Assembly: GCA_036397755.1 (NCBI GenBank)
Contig: DASWII010000035.1
Coordinates: 43,049 to 107,048, forward strand
Length of the DNA stretch: 64,000 nt
Direction: 5' to 3'
Source: Gemmatimonadales bacterium
Lineage (GTDB): Bacteria; Gemmatimonadota; Gemmatimonadetes; Gemmatimonadales; GWC2-71-9
Shown: in pieces, positions 9,436 through 19,388 of the stretch
How the letters are laid out: every line of letters begins with the position of its first letter
Position numbering within the stretch: position 1 is the first letter of the stretch
Translations under genes and position numbers: made by a program
The notes under the pieces: model-generated
Databases searched by the model: none
Told to the model about the DNA's origin: nothing
What the model saw: only the letters and a program-made list of their open reading frames with translations

Positions 9436-10088
9436 GCGACCGAGCGACGAGCGGACGCGCCAACACCCAGGCGAAGCTCCGGGGGGCGGTCTCCCGACGT
9501 GACGTCGTGCGCGCCCTCGCGGCAGCCGGCGCGGCGTCGGCGTTCACCTGGACGCCCGACGAAGTGGCCCGCGCCGCCGAGCACGCGCTGCGGCCCAATC
9601 TCGACTCGACACGCCAGGGAGCGGTCCCGCGGTTCTTTACTGCGCATGAATGGGACACCGTCCGATTGCTCGTGGACCTCGTCATTCCGCGGGACGAACG
9701 ATCCGGCAGCGCTACCGACGCGGGGGTGCCCGAGTTCATGGACTTCATCATGCTCGACGGTGACAATGAACGGCGCCAGACGGCGATGCGCGGCGGCCTC
9801 GCGTGGCTCGACATCGAGTGCCGCGAGCGGTTCGACGCCGACTTCGTTTCCTGCACCACACAGCAACGCATCGCCGTGCTCGATGACATCGCGTATCCGG
9901 ATCGGACCGCGCCGGCCTACGCGCAAGGGGCGGCGTTCTTCACAAGCTTCCGGAATCTGACGGCGAGTGGATTCTGGTCGAGCAAGATGGGGGTGATGGA
10001 CCTGCAGTACATCGGAAACACGGCGCTTGCCCAGTGGACGGGGTGTCCCGCCGATCAGTTGCGCAAGCTGGGAGTGGACGGCGGGTGA
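9432..10088 (+). CDS. gluconate 2-dehydrogenase subunit 3 family protein (TAT-signal small subunit)
   Basis: ATGA overlap with the GMC stop. SRRDVVRALAAAGAASA twin-arginine leader. This is the typical small partner of GMC dehydrogenases. Confidence 0.8.
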   Translation: MSDRATSGRANTQAKLRGAVSRRDVVRALAAAGAASAFTWTPDEVARAAEHALRPNLDSTRQGAVPRFFTAHEWDTVRLLVDLVIPRDERSGSATDAGVPEFMDFIMLDGDNERRQTAMRGGLAWLDIECRERFDADFVSCTTQQRIAVLDDIAYPDRTAPAYAQGAAFFTSFRNLTASGFWSSKMGVMDLQYIGNTALAQWTGCPADQLRKLGVDGG

Positions 10089-10111
10089 TCAGGGAGCGAT
10101 AGGAACTGCAC

Positions 10112-11353
10112 ATGGCACGGGAGCGACTTGGTATCGGATTCGTCGGGAGCGGCTTTAATGCCCGATTCCATCTGCAGGCGTTCGTGGGGGTGCGCGACGG
10201 GGACGTGCGCGGCATCTGGAGTCCCAACAGACAGCGTGCCGAAGCGACGGCGCGCATCGCGCGGGCTTTGGATGTCGGGGAGGCGAAGGCCTACACCTCC
10301 ATCACCGACATGGTCGCCGACCCGGCGATCGACGCGTTGTGGATCTGCGGCCCCAATCATGCCCGCATCGAGAACATCAAGGAAATCGTCGACGCGGTGC
10401 GGCACGGCAAGGGCGTGCTGAAGGGGATCGCCTGCGAGAAACCGCTCGCTCGCAACGTCGCGGAAGCCAAACAGGTGGCGCGGCTCGTAAAGCGCGCGGG
10501 CATCAAACACGGCTACCTCGAGAACCAGGCGTTCGCGCCCCAGGTGGTACATGGTCACGCCCTGCTGTGGGCGCGCGGCGCGTCGTTGACGGGACGGCCA
10601 TACCTCGCCAGAGCCGCGGAGGAGCACAGCGGGCCGCACATGCCGTGGTTCTGGCAGGGCAACCTGCAGGGTGGCGGAGTGCTCAACGACATGATGTGCC
10701 ACTCGGCGCTGGTGGTGTGGCACCTGCTCACACAGCCCGGATCGCCGTTGGCGTCGGTGAAGCCGGTGCGCGTGACGGGTCACATCGCGAGCCTCAAATG
10801 GACTCGCCCGGAGTACGTGCGGCAGCTGCAGAGATCGATGGGCAAAGAGGTCGACTATGCGCGAGCGCCGGCCGAGGACTTCGCCAGCATGACCATCGAG
10901 TTCAAGACCGATGACGGGCAGACCGTGCTCGGCGAAGCCACGACGTCGTGGAGCTTCGTGGGCGCCGGGCTGCGCCTTTCCGCCGAGCTTCTGGGCCCCG
11001 AATACTCCTTGTCCTGGAACACCCTCGACGCGGGGCTGAAGCTCTTCTTCAGCCGGGCGGTCAAGGGCAAGACGGGCGAGGACCTCGTCGAGAAGCAGAA
11101 CGCGGAAACGGGACTCATGCCCGTCGTCGCCAACGAACCGGTGGCGTACGGATATGAGGCGGAGGACCGCCACTTTGTCCGAGCGTTTTTGGGACTCGAG
11201 GAACCGATGCTGACGTTCGACGACGGTCTGGAGGTCGTGAAGCTGCTCATGGCGGGCTACATGAGCGCCGAGAAACGGCGCACCGTGCCGTTCCCCCCCA
11301 AGGGACTGGACAGTTTCGTCCCGGCGGTGGCACGGGGCACCTGGAAACCCTGA
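10112..11353 (+). CDS. Gfo/Idh/MocA family oxidoreductase
   Basis: N-terminal Rossmann motif LGIGFVGSGFNARFH; Gfo/Idh/MocA-like body; 413 aa. Confidence 0.85.
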   Translation: MARERLGIGFVGSGFNARFHLQAFVGVRDGDVRGIWSPNRQRAEATARIARALDVGEAKAYTSITDMVADPAIDALWICGPNHARIENIKEIVDAVRHGKGVLKGIACEKPLARNVAEAKQVARLVKRAGIKHGYLENQAFAPQVVHGHALLWARGASLTGRPYLARAAEEHSGPHMPWFWQGNLQGGGVLNDMMCHSALVVWHLLTQPGSPLASVKPVRVTGHIASLKWTRPEYVRQLQRSMGKEVDYARAPAEDFASMTIEFKTDDGQTVLGEATTSWSFVGAGLRLSAELLGPEYSLSWNTLDAGLKLFFSRAVKGKTGEDLVEKQNAETGLMPVVANEPVAYGYEAEDRHFVRAFLGLEEPMLTFDDGLEVVKLLMAGYMSAEKRRTVPFPPKGLDSFVPAVARGTWKP

Positions 11354-11488
11354 CGTGGATGAAGGGGTCGCCACGCTGGAGTCGGTTCGCATCCGCGTGT
11401 ACCGCAAGGACCGCGAACCGTGAAACCCGCATCGCAACTTCGCGGGCGGCTCAGGGTACTTCTGTCACAGCTCCTACCCAACACACAT

Positions 11489-13126
11489 ATGTCACTACAA
11501 TCTCACAGTCTCGCGCTTGTGGCCGCGCTAGCGATCGTCGCGCCGACCTCACCCGTGTACGGACAGGCGGCGAACGCGGTCAGCGCCGCGACCCTGCGGG
11601 AACATCTTTTCACCATCAGTCACGATTCCATGGGGGGCCGAAACACGGGAAGCCGTGGCAACGCCATGGCCACCGCGTATGTGGCGGCGCGCTTCAGAGC
11701 AGCCGGTCTCGATCCGGCCGGCGACGATGGGACGTTCTTCCAGAATCTTCCGTTCGTTCAGGTCACGCTGCGGGCGGATGCCTCCATCATGGCCGGAAAG
11801 GAACCCATCCCGTTCGGCGCCGGCGTCGTGCCGGGCAATCGGAGCGATTGGGATGCCACAGGCGTGCAGCCCCTGCACGGTGGTGCGATCGGTGACACCG
11901 CCAGTTGGCCCCGTGGACCGGAGGTGAAGGGGCGATTGGTGCTCTTCGCGAGCGGGGAGGTGAGCGGGAGGGCCGCGCGCGGGCTGCTGGACCAGGCGGC
12001 GGAAAGACTGCAGGCGGACGGCGCGAGCGCGGTGGGGCTGATCGTTGCCGAGCAGGGGCTGCGATTTTACGCCGCGCGGGCGCTGGGCACTTCCTTGGTG
12101 ATGGAGGGCGGTTCGGCGGGAGCGCCCCTTCCGCAAGTCATGGTGAGCGAGCACGCGGCGGCGACCATGCTGCGCGGAGATCTCGAGTCGGCAAGCCCGG
12201 GAACGACCGGTCCGGCGCTGCAGGGCGGCTATAGTTATTCCCGCAGTTCACCCGAGTGGCCGGTCCGCAACGTGGTGGGGATCCTGCGGGGCATAGATCC
12301 GGCGTTGAATCACACGTACATCGCGGTGACCGCGCACAACGATCACGTCGGAACGACCTCGACCCCCGTGGATCACGATTCGCTATTCGCACACAATCGG
12401 GTGATCCGACCGCTCGGCGCCGATTCGCGCAATCGTGACGCGACGGCGGATGAGGCGAAGAGGATTCAAGCGATACGCGACAGTCTCGGCGCGTTGCGTC
12501 CGAGCCGGCGGGACTCCGTGTTCAACGGCGCGGACGACGACGGGTCCGGTACCGTCAGTCTCATCGAGATTGCTCGGGCGCTCGCCGCGGGCGAGCGGCC
12601 GCGGCGTTCGGTACTGTTCGTTTCGCACGCCGGTGAAGAAATGGGGTTGCTGGGATCTCGGTGGTTCACGGAGCACCCGACCGTTCCGCGTGATTCCATC
12701 ATCGGCGACGTCGACCTCGACATGGTGGGCCGCGGTCCGGGGGCGGCGGACCCGGAGTACTTGGAAATCGTCGGCTCGCGGCGGCTGTCCACCCGCTTCG
12801 GCGATCTCCTCGAGGTGGCCAACGCCGGCATGGCAGCGTCCTTCCTGTTCGACTACCAGTTCGACGCACCGGGACACCCACTGCGATACTACTGTCGCGT
12901 CGACGCCTACAGCTATGCGCGGCACGGCATCCCGGTGGCGTCGCTCGGGCGCGGAGGGCATCCCGACTACCATCAGCTCACCGATGAACCGCAGTACATC
13001 GATTACGACGGGCTCGCCCGCGTCGCGACGCTCGTGCGTGACTTCGTGCGCCACGTCGCGAACCTAGATGAACGTCCGCTCGTCGATGGACCCGTGGGTG
13101 ACCCCGAGGCGCGGTGTGTCCAGTAA
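11489..13126 (+). CDS. M28 family metallopeptidase, secreted
   Basis: Start moved to ATG 11489 (MSLQSHSLALVAALAIVA signal). Zn-ligand-like blocks VTAHNDHVG, NGADDDGSGTVSLIEIARAL and SHAGEEMGLLGS. Confidence 0.8.
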   Translation: MSLQSHSLALVAALAIVAPTSPVYGQAANAVSAATLREHLFTISHDSMGGRNTGSRGNAMATAYVAARFRAAGLDPAGDDGTFFQNLPFVQVTLRADASIMAGKEPIPFGAGVVPGNRSDWDATGVQPLHGGAIGDTASWPRGPEVKGRLVLFASGEVSGRAARGLLDQAAERLQADGASAVGLIVAEQGLRFYAARALGTSLVMEGGSAGAPLPQVMVSEHAAATMLRGDLESASPGTTGPALQGGYSYSRSSPEWPVRNVVGILRGIDPALNHTYIAVTAHNDHVGTTSTPVDHDSLFAHNRVIRPLGADSRNRDATADEAKRIQAIRDSLGALRPSRRDSVFNGADDDGSGTVSLIEIARALAAGERPRRSVLFVSHAGEEMGLLGSRWFTEHPTVPRDSIIGDVDLDMVGRGPGAADPEYLEIVGSRRLSTRFGDLLEVANAGMAASFLFDYQFDAPGHPLRYYCRVDAYSYARHGIPVASLGRGGHPDYHQLTDEPQYIDYDGLARVATLVRDFVRHVANLDERPLVDGPVGDPEARCVQ

Positions 13127-13142
13127 CAACGGGCGTTAGGCG

Positions 13143-13622
13143 GTGACCCCGCCCCTCGATCCGCGGACGGATATCGGCCACGTACACCTCAAGGTGGCCG
13201 ATCTCGAGCGGGCGCTCCGCTTCTACCGTGACACGCTGGGGTTCGAGGTCACCCAGCGTATGGGCGACCACGCCGCGTTCTTGAGCGCCGGTGGGTATCA
13301 CCATCACATCGGCCTCAACACATGGGAGAGCCGGAAAGGCGCGCCGCCACCACGGGGGACGACCGGCCTCTATCATGTGGCCATTCGGTACCCGGATCGC
13401 GCGTCCCTCGCCGACGCGCTCCGCCGCGTGCGCGGCGCCGGGATACCGCTCGACGGCGCTGCCGACCATGGGGTGAGCGAGGCGCTGTATCTGCGCGACC
13501 CCGACGGGAACGGCGTGGAACTCTACCGCGATCGCCCGCCCGAAGCGTGGCCTCGGAATCCCGATGGCTCACTGGCCATGATCACCGAGGCGCTCGATGT
13601 TGAGACGCTCCTGCGAGACTAG
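13143..13622 (+). CDS. VOC (glyoxalase / extradiol dioxygenase-like) family protein
   Basis: IGHVHLKVADLERALRFYRDTLGF ... GLYHVAI ... ALYLRDPDGNGVELY, typical of the VOC fold. Confidence 0.8.
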   Translation: MTPPLDPRTDIGHVHLKVADLERALRFYRDTLGFEVTQRMGDHAAFLSAGGYHHHIGLNTWESRKGAPPPRGTTGLYHVAIRYPDRASLADALRRVRGAGIPLDGAADHGVSEALYLRDPDGNGVELYRDRPPEAWPRNPDGSLAMITEALDVETLLRD

Positions 13623-14299
13623 CGATTCTCCCGGGGCCACACTTGCCCGGCGGCACCGAAGTGTAGCGTGACGAGTCGCTGATACGACCCGTCCGCCGCG
13701 CGCACGAACCACAGGCGCAGCGTCGGCACGCCCTCGACCGCAAAGAGCCCGTTGGACAGCGGAAGGAGCGGGCTCCGCGCCACCTCCGCAGCGCGCACCG
13801 TGAGCCAACCCCTCTTAAACTCGATGTCGTAGGGCCCGTATGTACCACCGTAGGCCCGGAGTATGCTGTCCGGCACCACCATCGGCTCGCGTTGCGCGGC
13901 CAACAGCCCATCGATCCAATCGAGTCGCTTGCCGGTGTCGGGATTGTAGATGTCGATCGCCAACGATCGCCGGTAGGCCGCCGCGGCCTCCTCGAGCCGC
14001 CCCACGGCCACCAACACGTGTCCCAACGCATCGGCCGCCGCCGCCGCTTCCGGAAACTCGGTCGCGTTCAGCTCGAGCGCGGCCACCGCGGCCCCCGTGT
14101 CCCCCTGCGTCACGAGGTCCTTGGCCACGTCGATGAGGAGCGACGGCGTGACACTCCGCGGCCGGGCGCCCCGCGCGCTCGCGAAGGCGCGCATGCCGCT
14201 CTCAGGGCCCTGCATGAACGCGCGCCGCAGCACTCCGTCCAGCGTGGTGTCCTGCGGCGCACCGCTCAGGCACAGGAGCAGTGCCACACCGGCGATCAC
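13619..14299 (-). CDS. hypothetical secreted protein with a TPR-like segment
   Basis: 226 aa ORF with a hydrophobic N-terminus and an Ala-rich helical repeat region. The stop overlaps the convergent VOC stop. Confidence 0.5.
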   Translation of the reverse strand: MIAGVALLLCLSGAPQDTTLDGVLRRAFMQGPESGMRAFASARGARPRSVTPSLLIDVAKDLVTQGDTGAAVAALELNATEFPEAAAAADALGHVLVAVGRLEEAAAAYRRSLAIDIYNPDTGKRLDWIDGLLAAQREPMVVPDSILRAYGGTYGPYDIEFKRGWLTVRAAEVARSPLLPLSNGLFAVEGVPTLRLWFVRAADGSYQRLVTLHFGAAGQVWPRENR

Positions 14300-14324
14300 G
14301 TACAGCGGCCCCGCAACACTCCCG

Positions 14325-15659
14325 CTAGAGCGTCCAACCGTCGCGGTACGCCGGCCGGATCAGCTCGGGCGGGATCGGCACGTTGGTGACCTCGCCCGTC
14401 TGAGGATCCAAGTCGAGCGCGCGCCCCGTCCGCACCGCCAGGTTGCCCAGCAACACCATCTGCGTGAGGGGGCCCGCCGCGGTCGCGAAATCCGACCCGG
14501 ACTTGGTTCCGGCCTTGATCGCGCTGATCCACTCGGCGTACACGTTCTCCACGCGCGGGTACGTCTGCGGCAGTGGGTTGGCCGTGACCTCCTCGTGCTT
14601 TGCGGCATCGAGCAACCGCGGGTTCTCGCCGTACACGCCGGCCACGAGTTTGCCGTCGTCGCCGATCCACAGCTGCCCCCCGTCCCAACTTGGCGGCCAG
14701 GCTCGTGGATCGACGACCTCGGGAGGCGCGGGTGGCAGGAGACTCCCATCGCGCCACACGACCGTCACTCCCGGACGCGCGCCCTTCGGTCCGAACGCGT
14801 ACTCGATGCGCGACGATTTCGGGGCGGTCTCGGCGTACCACTCCGTCACATCAGCCTGGATGCGCTCCGGATAGCCCAAATCCAACACCCAGAAGGCGGC
14901 GTCCATCGCATGGCAGGCCATGTCGCCGAGTGCACCGGTACCGAAATCCCACCAACCTCGCCAGCGGAACGGGGCATAGGCCGGGTGATACGGGCGCTCC
15001 GCTGACGGCCCGAGCCAGAGATCCCAGTTCAAGGTAGGCGGTGCGTGATGGGCCTCGGTCGGACGATCGATCGCCTGCGGCCAGATGGGCCGGTTGGTCC
15101 AGTAGTGCACCTCGCGGACGGCGCCGATGAGGCCGGCGTCCACCCACTCGCGGATGAGGCGAACGCCCTCGCCGGCATGGCCTTGATTGCCCATCTGCGT
15201 GGTGACGCCCGCTCGGGCGGCTTCGGCCGCCACGGTACGAGCCTCGTGCAGGGTCCTTGTCAGCGGTTTCTGACAGTACACGTGCTTCTTCATCCGCAGC
15301 CCGGCCATGGTGGCCGCAGCGTGGACGTGGTCGGGCGTGGAGACCGTGATCGCGTCGATGCCGTCGCCTTCCTTGGCGAGCATCTCGCGGAAGTCGACAT
15401 ACCGCTTCGCCTTCGGGAAGGCCGCAAACGCTCGCTGTGCGCTCCGGGCGTCCACGTCGCACAGAGCAAGGACGTTTTCCCTGCCGACGCCCCGTACATC
15501 GTTCCACCCCATTCCCCCGACACCGATGCACGCGAAGTTGAGGGTGTCGCTGGGCGCCTGGTACCCGCGGCCCAATACGTGGCGGGGCACGATGGTGAAC
15601 GCCGCCGCCGCCGACATTCCCTCCATGAACTCGCGTCGCGACAACTCGCTTGCACTCAT
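14325..15659 (-). CDS. Gfo/Idh/MocA family oxidoreductase, TAT signal
   Basis: SRREFMEGMSAAAAF leader; NFACIGVGGMG Rossmann motif; 444 aa. Confidence 0.85.
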   Translation of the reverse strand: MSASELSRREFMEGMSAAAAFTIVPRHVLGRGYQAPSDTLNFACIGVGGMGWNDVRGVGRENVLALCDVDARSAQRAFAAFPKAKRYVDFREMLAKEGDGIDAITVSTPDHVHAAATMAGLRMKKHVYCQKPLTRTLHEARTVAAEAARAGVTTQMGNQGHAGEGVRLIREWVDAGLIGAVREVHYWTNRPIWPQAIDRPTEAHHAPPTLNWDLWLGPSAERPYHPAYAPFRWRGWWDFGTGALGDMACHAMDAAFWVLDLGYPERIQADVTEWYAETAPKSSRIEYAFGPKGARPGVTVVWRDGSLLPPAPPEVVDPRAWPPSWDGGQLWIGDDGKLVAGVYGENPRLLDAAKHEEVTANPLPQTYPRVENVYAEWISAIKAGTKSGSDFATAAGPLTQMVLLGNLAVRTGRALDLDPQTGEVTNVPIPPELIRPAYRDGWTL

Positions 15660-15703
15660 GATCCGACTCCCGCGAAGGGTCTTGAACTCAATTTACTGGT
15701 CCG

Positions 15704-16930
15704 TCACGCGACCACCCGTGCGGCGGCCCTGGGTGACGGACGGAATGCCACGGCAAACAGCCCCAGGACTACGGCGGCCATGACGGCTGGAACGATCCAG
15801 ACGATGCGCCAGTCATGCTCGAGCGCACCGACCGGTTGCGCGAGCTGATATACCTCCACGACCTGCCCCGCCACCCACGAGCCGATAAACCACCCTACAC
15901 CCAGGGTCACGAAGGCGATGAAGCCCTGCGCCGCCGCACGGATCCGTTCGCCCGCCTGCTGGTCCACATAAATCTGGCCAGTTACGAAGAAGAAGTCATA
16001 GCACACGCCATGAAGGAGAATGCCCCCGTAGAGCATCCAGATCCCGCTCTGCACATCCCCGTACGCGAAGAACACGTAGCGAAGCGCCCACGCGGCCATA
16101 CCGATCATCAGGATCCGCTTCACGCCCCAGCGCAGCAAAAACCATGGCAGAGCGATCATGAACACGATCTCGGACATCTGCCCGAACGTCATTTTGGCGG
16201 CGGGGGCCATCATCCCGGACTCGTTGAGGAAGAGGTTCGTGAATCCGTAGTAGAACTGCAGCGGAATCACGAGCAAGAACGATCCGATCAGAAAGATCGT
16301 GAACGAACGGTCCTGCATGAGTGCCAAGGCGTCCAGACCGAGGACGTCCCGCACGCGAACGGGACCACCGGCGGCTCTTGGTGGCGTATGCGGAAGCGAG
16401 AGGCAGTACAACCCCAGCACGATTGACGCCCCGGCGGCGATCCGCATCGGCCACGGCGTGGCCTCGATGCCCATGAGGCCGATGAACAGGCCCGCCACGA
16501 TCCAGCCGATCGTGCCGAGCACCCGAATGCTGGGGAAATCCTTCGCCGGATCGTCCACGTTGTGGAACGAGATCGAATTGGTCAGCGCCAACGTCGGCAT
16601 GTACAGCAGCGCGTATCCGATCAGCACGGGGTAGAATGTGCCGAAATCGCCGGCGGTCGAGACCCAGTACATCATCAGGCCCCCACCGATGTGGAGCGCC
16701 GCGAGCATCTTCTCGGTGGCGAAGAACCGGTCGGCCACCATCCCCACGAAGAACGGAGAGATCATCGCGGCGATAGCCGTGGTGCCGTACGCGAGACCGA
16801 TTTGTCCGCCTTCGAACCGGAGTGTCTGCCCGAGATAGGTGCTCATGGTGACTGCCCAGGCACCCCAGATGAAATACTGCAAGAACATCATCGCCGAGAG
16901 GCGCGTGCGAACTGCTCCGGCGTGGTGCAT
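15704..16930 (-). CDS. MFS nucleoside:H+ symporter (NupG/XapB family)
   Basis: The translation aligns by eye along its length to E. coli NupG. Examples: [63 protein letters not shown]. Confidence 0.8.
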   Translation of the reverse strand: MHHAGAVRTRLSAMMFLQYFIWGAWAVTMSTYLGQTLRFEGGQIGLAYGTTAIAAMISPFFVGMVADRFFATEKMLAALHIGGGLMMYWVSTAGDFGTFYPVLIGYALLYMPTLALTNSISFHNVDDPAKDFPSIRVLGTIGWIVAGLFIGLMGIEATPWPMRIAAGASIVLGLYCLSLPHTPPRAAGGPVRVRDVLGLDALALMQDRSFTIFLIGSFLLVIPLQFYYGFTNLFLNESGMMAPAAKMTFGQMSEIVFMIALPWFLLRWGVKRILMIGMAAWALRYVFFAYGDVQSGIWMLYGGILLHGVCYDFFFVTGQIYVDQQAGERIRAAAQGFIAFVTLGVGWFIGSWVAGQVVEVYQLAQPVGALEHDWRIVWIVPAVMAAVVLGLFAVAFRPSPRAAARVVA

Positions 16931-17081
16931 GCCTGGATTCTCCGCGGAGGGTTCGCGCCAAAGTACCGGTCGGGCCCGAGGGGCGCCAGCGTGCTTGTCT
17001 CAAGACCTCGAGGCCCCCGCAGCGGCGGCCGACGCACCGGGACACAGAGCAGGGGTCCTCGCGGCCGCGGGCGCCCTTTCG

Positions 17082-18611
17082 CTAGGTGGTTGCCAATCGA
17101 CGCAGCGCCCCGCGATCGATCTTGCCGAGATGTGTCTGCGGCATGGTCTCGAGGAACACGAAGGCGCGCGGATGCTTGTACGCGGCCAAGCGCTCCTGGA
17201 CGAGCGCGCGGAGCTCGGTCTCCACCATTCCCCGGTCGCCATCGGTCACGACGAACGCCCGCGTCAGCGTGAGTCCGGTCGCGTCGGGCATCCCCATGAC
17301 GGCCGCATCGCGCACGGCCGGGTGTTCCAGGAGGCAACTCTCGACTTCCTGCGGCGCCAGCCACTTCCCGGAGACCTTCAACATGTCGTCCGCGCGACCG
17401 CAGTAGGTCACATACCCGTCCGCATCGATCGCAATCATGTCGCCCGACACGTACCATTCGCCGCGAAACGCGCCCGCCGTCTTGTCCATTTGCTGCCAGT
17501 AGCCCAGGGCCCGCGAATCTCCACGCACCCACAACGCCCCGATCTCACCCGCGCCCACCGCATGCCCGAACTCGTCGCACGCCCGCACCTCGAACCCGGG
17601 CACGACCGTACCCAGAGTGCCTGGACGCACAGCGCCCGGCCGGTTCGAGATGAAGATGTGCCACATCTCGGCGGTACCAAGGCCGTCGAGCAGTTCCACA
17701 CCGAACGTCTCGTTCCAGCGGGAGTGCAGCTCGCCAGGGAGCGCCTCGCCAGCCGACGTCGCGAGACGCAGGCTGCTGACATCCTGCTCGCGCGCCGTGG
17801 CATGACTTACCATTTGATGGACCATCGTCGGGACGTTGATCAGGATGGTCGGACGATGGGCGGCGATCTTGGCAAACAGCACGTCGGGTGTACAGCGGTC
17901 GGCAAACAGCACCGCTGTCCCGCCGACGGCAAACGGAAAGAAAAGATTCGATCCGGTCGCGTACCCGAAGAACAGCTTGGGCACGGCAATCGTGACGTCG
18001 TCCTCCGTGTAACCGATCACTCCCTTGGCATAGCACTCGGTGGTATTGGCAAACGCCCGGTGTGTCTGCACGACGGCCTTGGGCCTGCCAGTGGTCCCAC
18101 CGGAGAACAGCCAGATGGCCGCGTCGTCGCGATGGGACGGGAATGACACGAGTTCAGTGGGCGCGCTTGTGCGTTCGGCGTCGAACTCACGGTCCCCGAC
18201 AATCAACAACCGCTTCAGATGCGGGGAGGCGGTCGCGGCGGCCCTGAACGTGTCCAGCGCATCCCGCTGCACGAGTGCCGCGCTGGCGCGTGTGTACGCG
18301 AAGAAGTACTCCACCTCGTGTGCCCGGAGATGTGGGTTGACCATCACCACGACGGCCCCAATCTTCAACACGCCGAACAGGGCCGCCACATACTCCGGTC
18401 CGTCGGGGAGAGCGACGATCACCCGCTGCTCCGGCTCCACCCCTGCGGCGCGCAGCACCGCGCCGAACTGGTTGCTGAGGCATTGCACCTCGCGATAGGT
18501 CAGGGTGCCGTTGTCCGTAATGAGCGCGATGCGTGATCCGCGACCCTCGCGGATGCGAGCGTCCAGAAAATAGTCGGCGATGTTGAATTGCTCGGGTGGA
18601 ATGAACGTCAT
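17082..18611 (-). CDS. benzoate-CoA ligase family aryl-CoA ligase; probable 2-aminobenzoate (anthranilate)-CoA ligase
   Basis: FNIADYFLD..., the AMP-binding motif LFSGGTTGRPKAV, and KLFFGYATGSNLFFPFAVGGT, typical of the benzoate-CoA ligase subfamily. The substrate guess comes from neighbouring genes. Confidence 0.8.
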   Translation of the reverse strand: MTFIPPEQFNIADYFLDARIREGRGSRIALITDNGTLTYREVQCLSNQFGAVLRAAGVEPEQRVIVALPDGPEYVAALFGVLKIGAVVVMVNPHLRAHEVEYFFAYTRASAALVQRDALDTFRAAATASPHLKRLLIVGDREFDAERTSAPTELVSFPSHRDDAAIWLFSGGTTGRPKAVVQTHRAFANTTECYAKGVIGYTEDDVTIAVPKLFFGYATGSNLFFPFAVGGTAVLFADRCTPDVLFAKIAAHRPTILINVPTMVHQMVSHATAREQDVSSLRLATSAGEALPGELHSRWNETFGVELLDGLGTAEMWHIFISNRPGAVRPGTLGTVVPGFEVRACDEFGHAVGAGEIGALWVRGDSRALGYWQQMDKTAGAFRGEWYVSGDMIAIDADGYVTYCGRADDMLKVSGKWLAPQEVESCLLEHPAVRDAAVMGMPDATGLTLTRAFVVTDGDRGMVETELRALVQERLAAYKHPRAFVFLETMPQTHLGKIDRGALRRLATT

Positions 18612-18632
18612 CGGGGGAAATTGTCACCACGT

Positions 18633-19388
18633 ATGCCCGTACACCAGTTGGCCGACCTGACGTGGAACGACGCGAGCACGCTCTCGGCGGACGCCGTTTG
18701 CCTGCTTCCCATTGGGGCCCTGGAGGCGCATGGCCCTCATCTTCCGTTGCAGACTGATGTAATCATCGCGGAGGCCATGGCCCGAAACGCCGCCGGTCGC
18801 ATTGCGGGCGGTGGCCGTACCGTGCTCATCCTCCCTACCTTGGCCTACACCCCCGCTCCGTTCGCCGAGAGTTTCGCCGGAACCTTGTCGATCCACCCCG
18901 ATCACGTGGTCGGGCAGATCGTCGATATCGCTCGGGCGCTTACGGCGGTCGGGTGCAGCCGTCTGATGCTGATCAACGCACATTTCGACCCGACGCATCT
19001 GTCGGCGTTGTCGGAAGCCGAGGACATCTGCCGGCAGGAAGGCCTGCTGCAGGTCATATTCCCCAACGTCACACGCAAACCATGGGCGTCCCGCCTGGGC
19101 GCGGAGTTCGCGAGCGGGGCCTGTCATGCCGGACGCTACGAGGGTTCCATCGTGCTCGCGGCACGTCCCGACCTCGTTCATGAGGAGACCATGCGGTCGC
19201 TCGAACCCAACCACTTGTCCCTGTCGGATGCCGTCCGCGAGGGGAAGCAGACCTTCATGGAAGTGGGGGGGACGCAGGCATATTTTGGGTTTCCCGCGGA
19301 GGCCACCGCGGCCGAGGGTGAGATGTTGATCGCGACGCTTGGCCGCATCGTCGAGGAGTCACTCGACATGGCGCGGCCCTCCCCGTGA
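18633..19388 (+). CDS. creatininase-family metal amidohydrolase
   Basis: Start at ATG 18633 (MPVHQLADLTW). LLPIGALEAHGPHLPLQTDVIIAEA is the family signature region. Confidence 0.75.
   Translation: MPVHQLADLTWNDASTLSADAVCLLPIGALEAHGPHLPLQTDVIIAEAMARNAAGRIAGGGRTVLILPTLAYTPAPFAESFAGTLSIHPDHVVGQIVDIARALTAVGCSRLMLINAHFDPTHLSALSEAEDICRQEGLLQVIFPNVTRKPWASRLGAEFASGACHAGRYEGSIVLAARPDLVHEETMRSLEPNHLSLSDAVREGKQTFMEVGGTQAYFGFPAEATAAEGEMLIATLGRIVEESLDMARPSP

Noticed and set aside
10055-11437. 460 aa minus-strand ORF opposite the Gfo/Idh/MocA gene.
   Set aside because: It is an antisense shadow typical of high-GC DNA. The + strand frame has clear Rossmann and family motifs; this one has none.
13619-13622. 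Convergent genes share overlapping stop codons (CTAG).
   Set aside because: This is a common consequence of tight packing in high-GC genomes and has no functional implication on its own.
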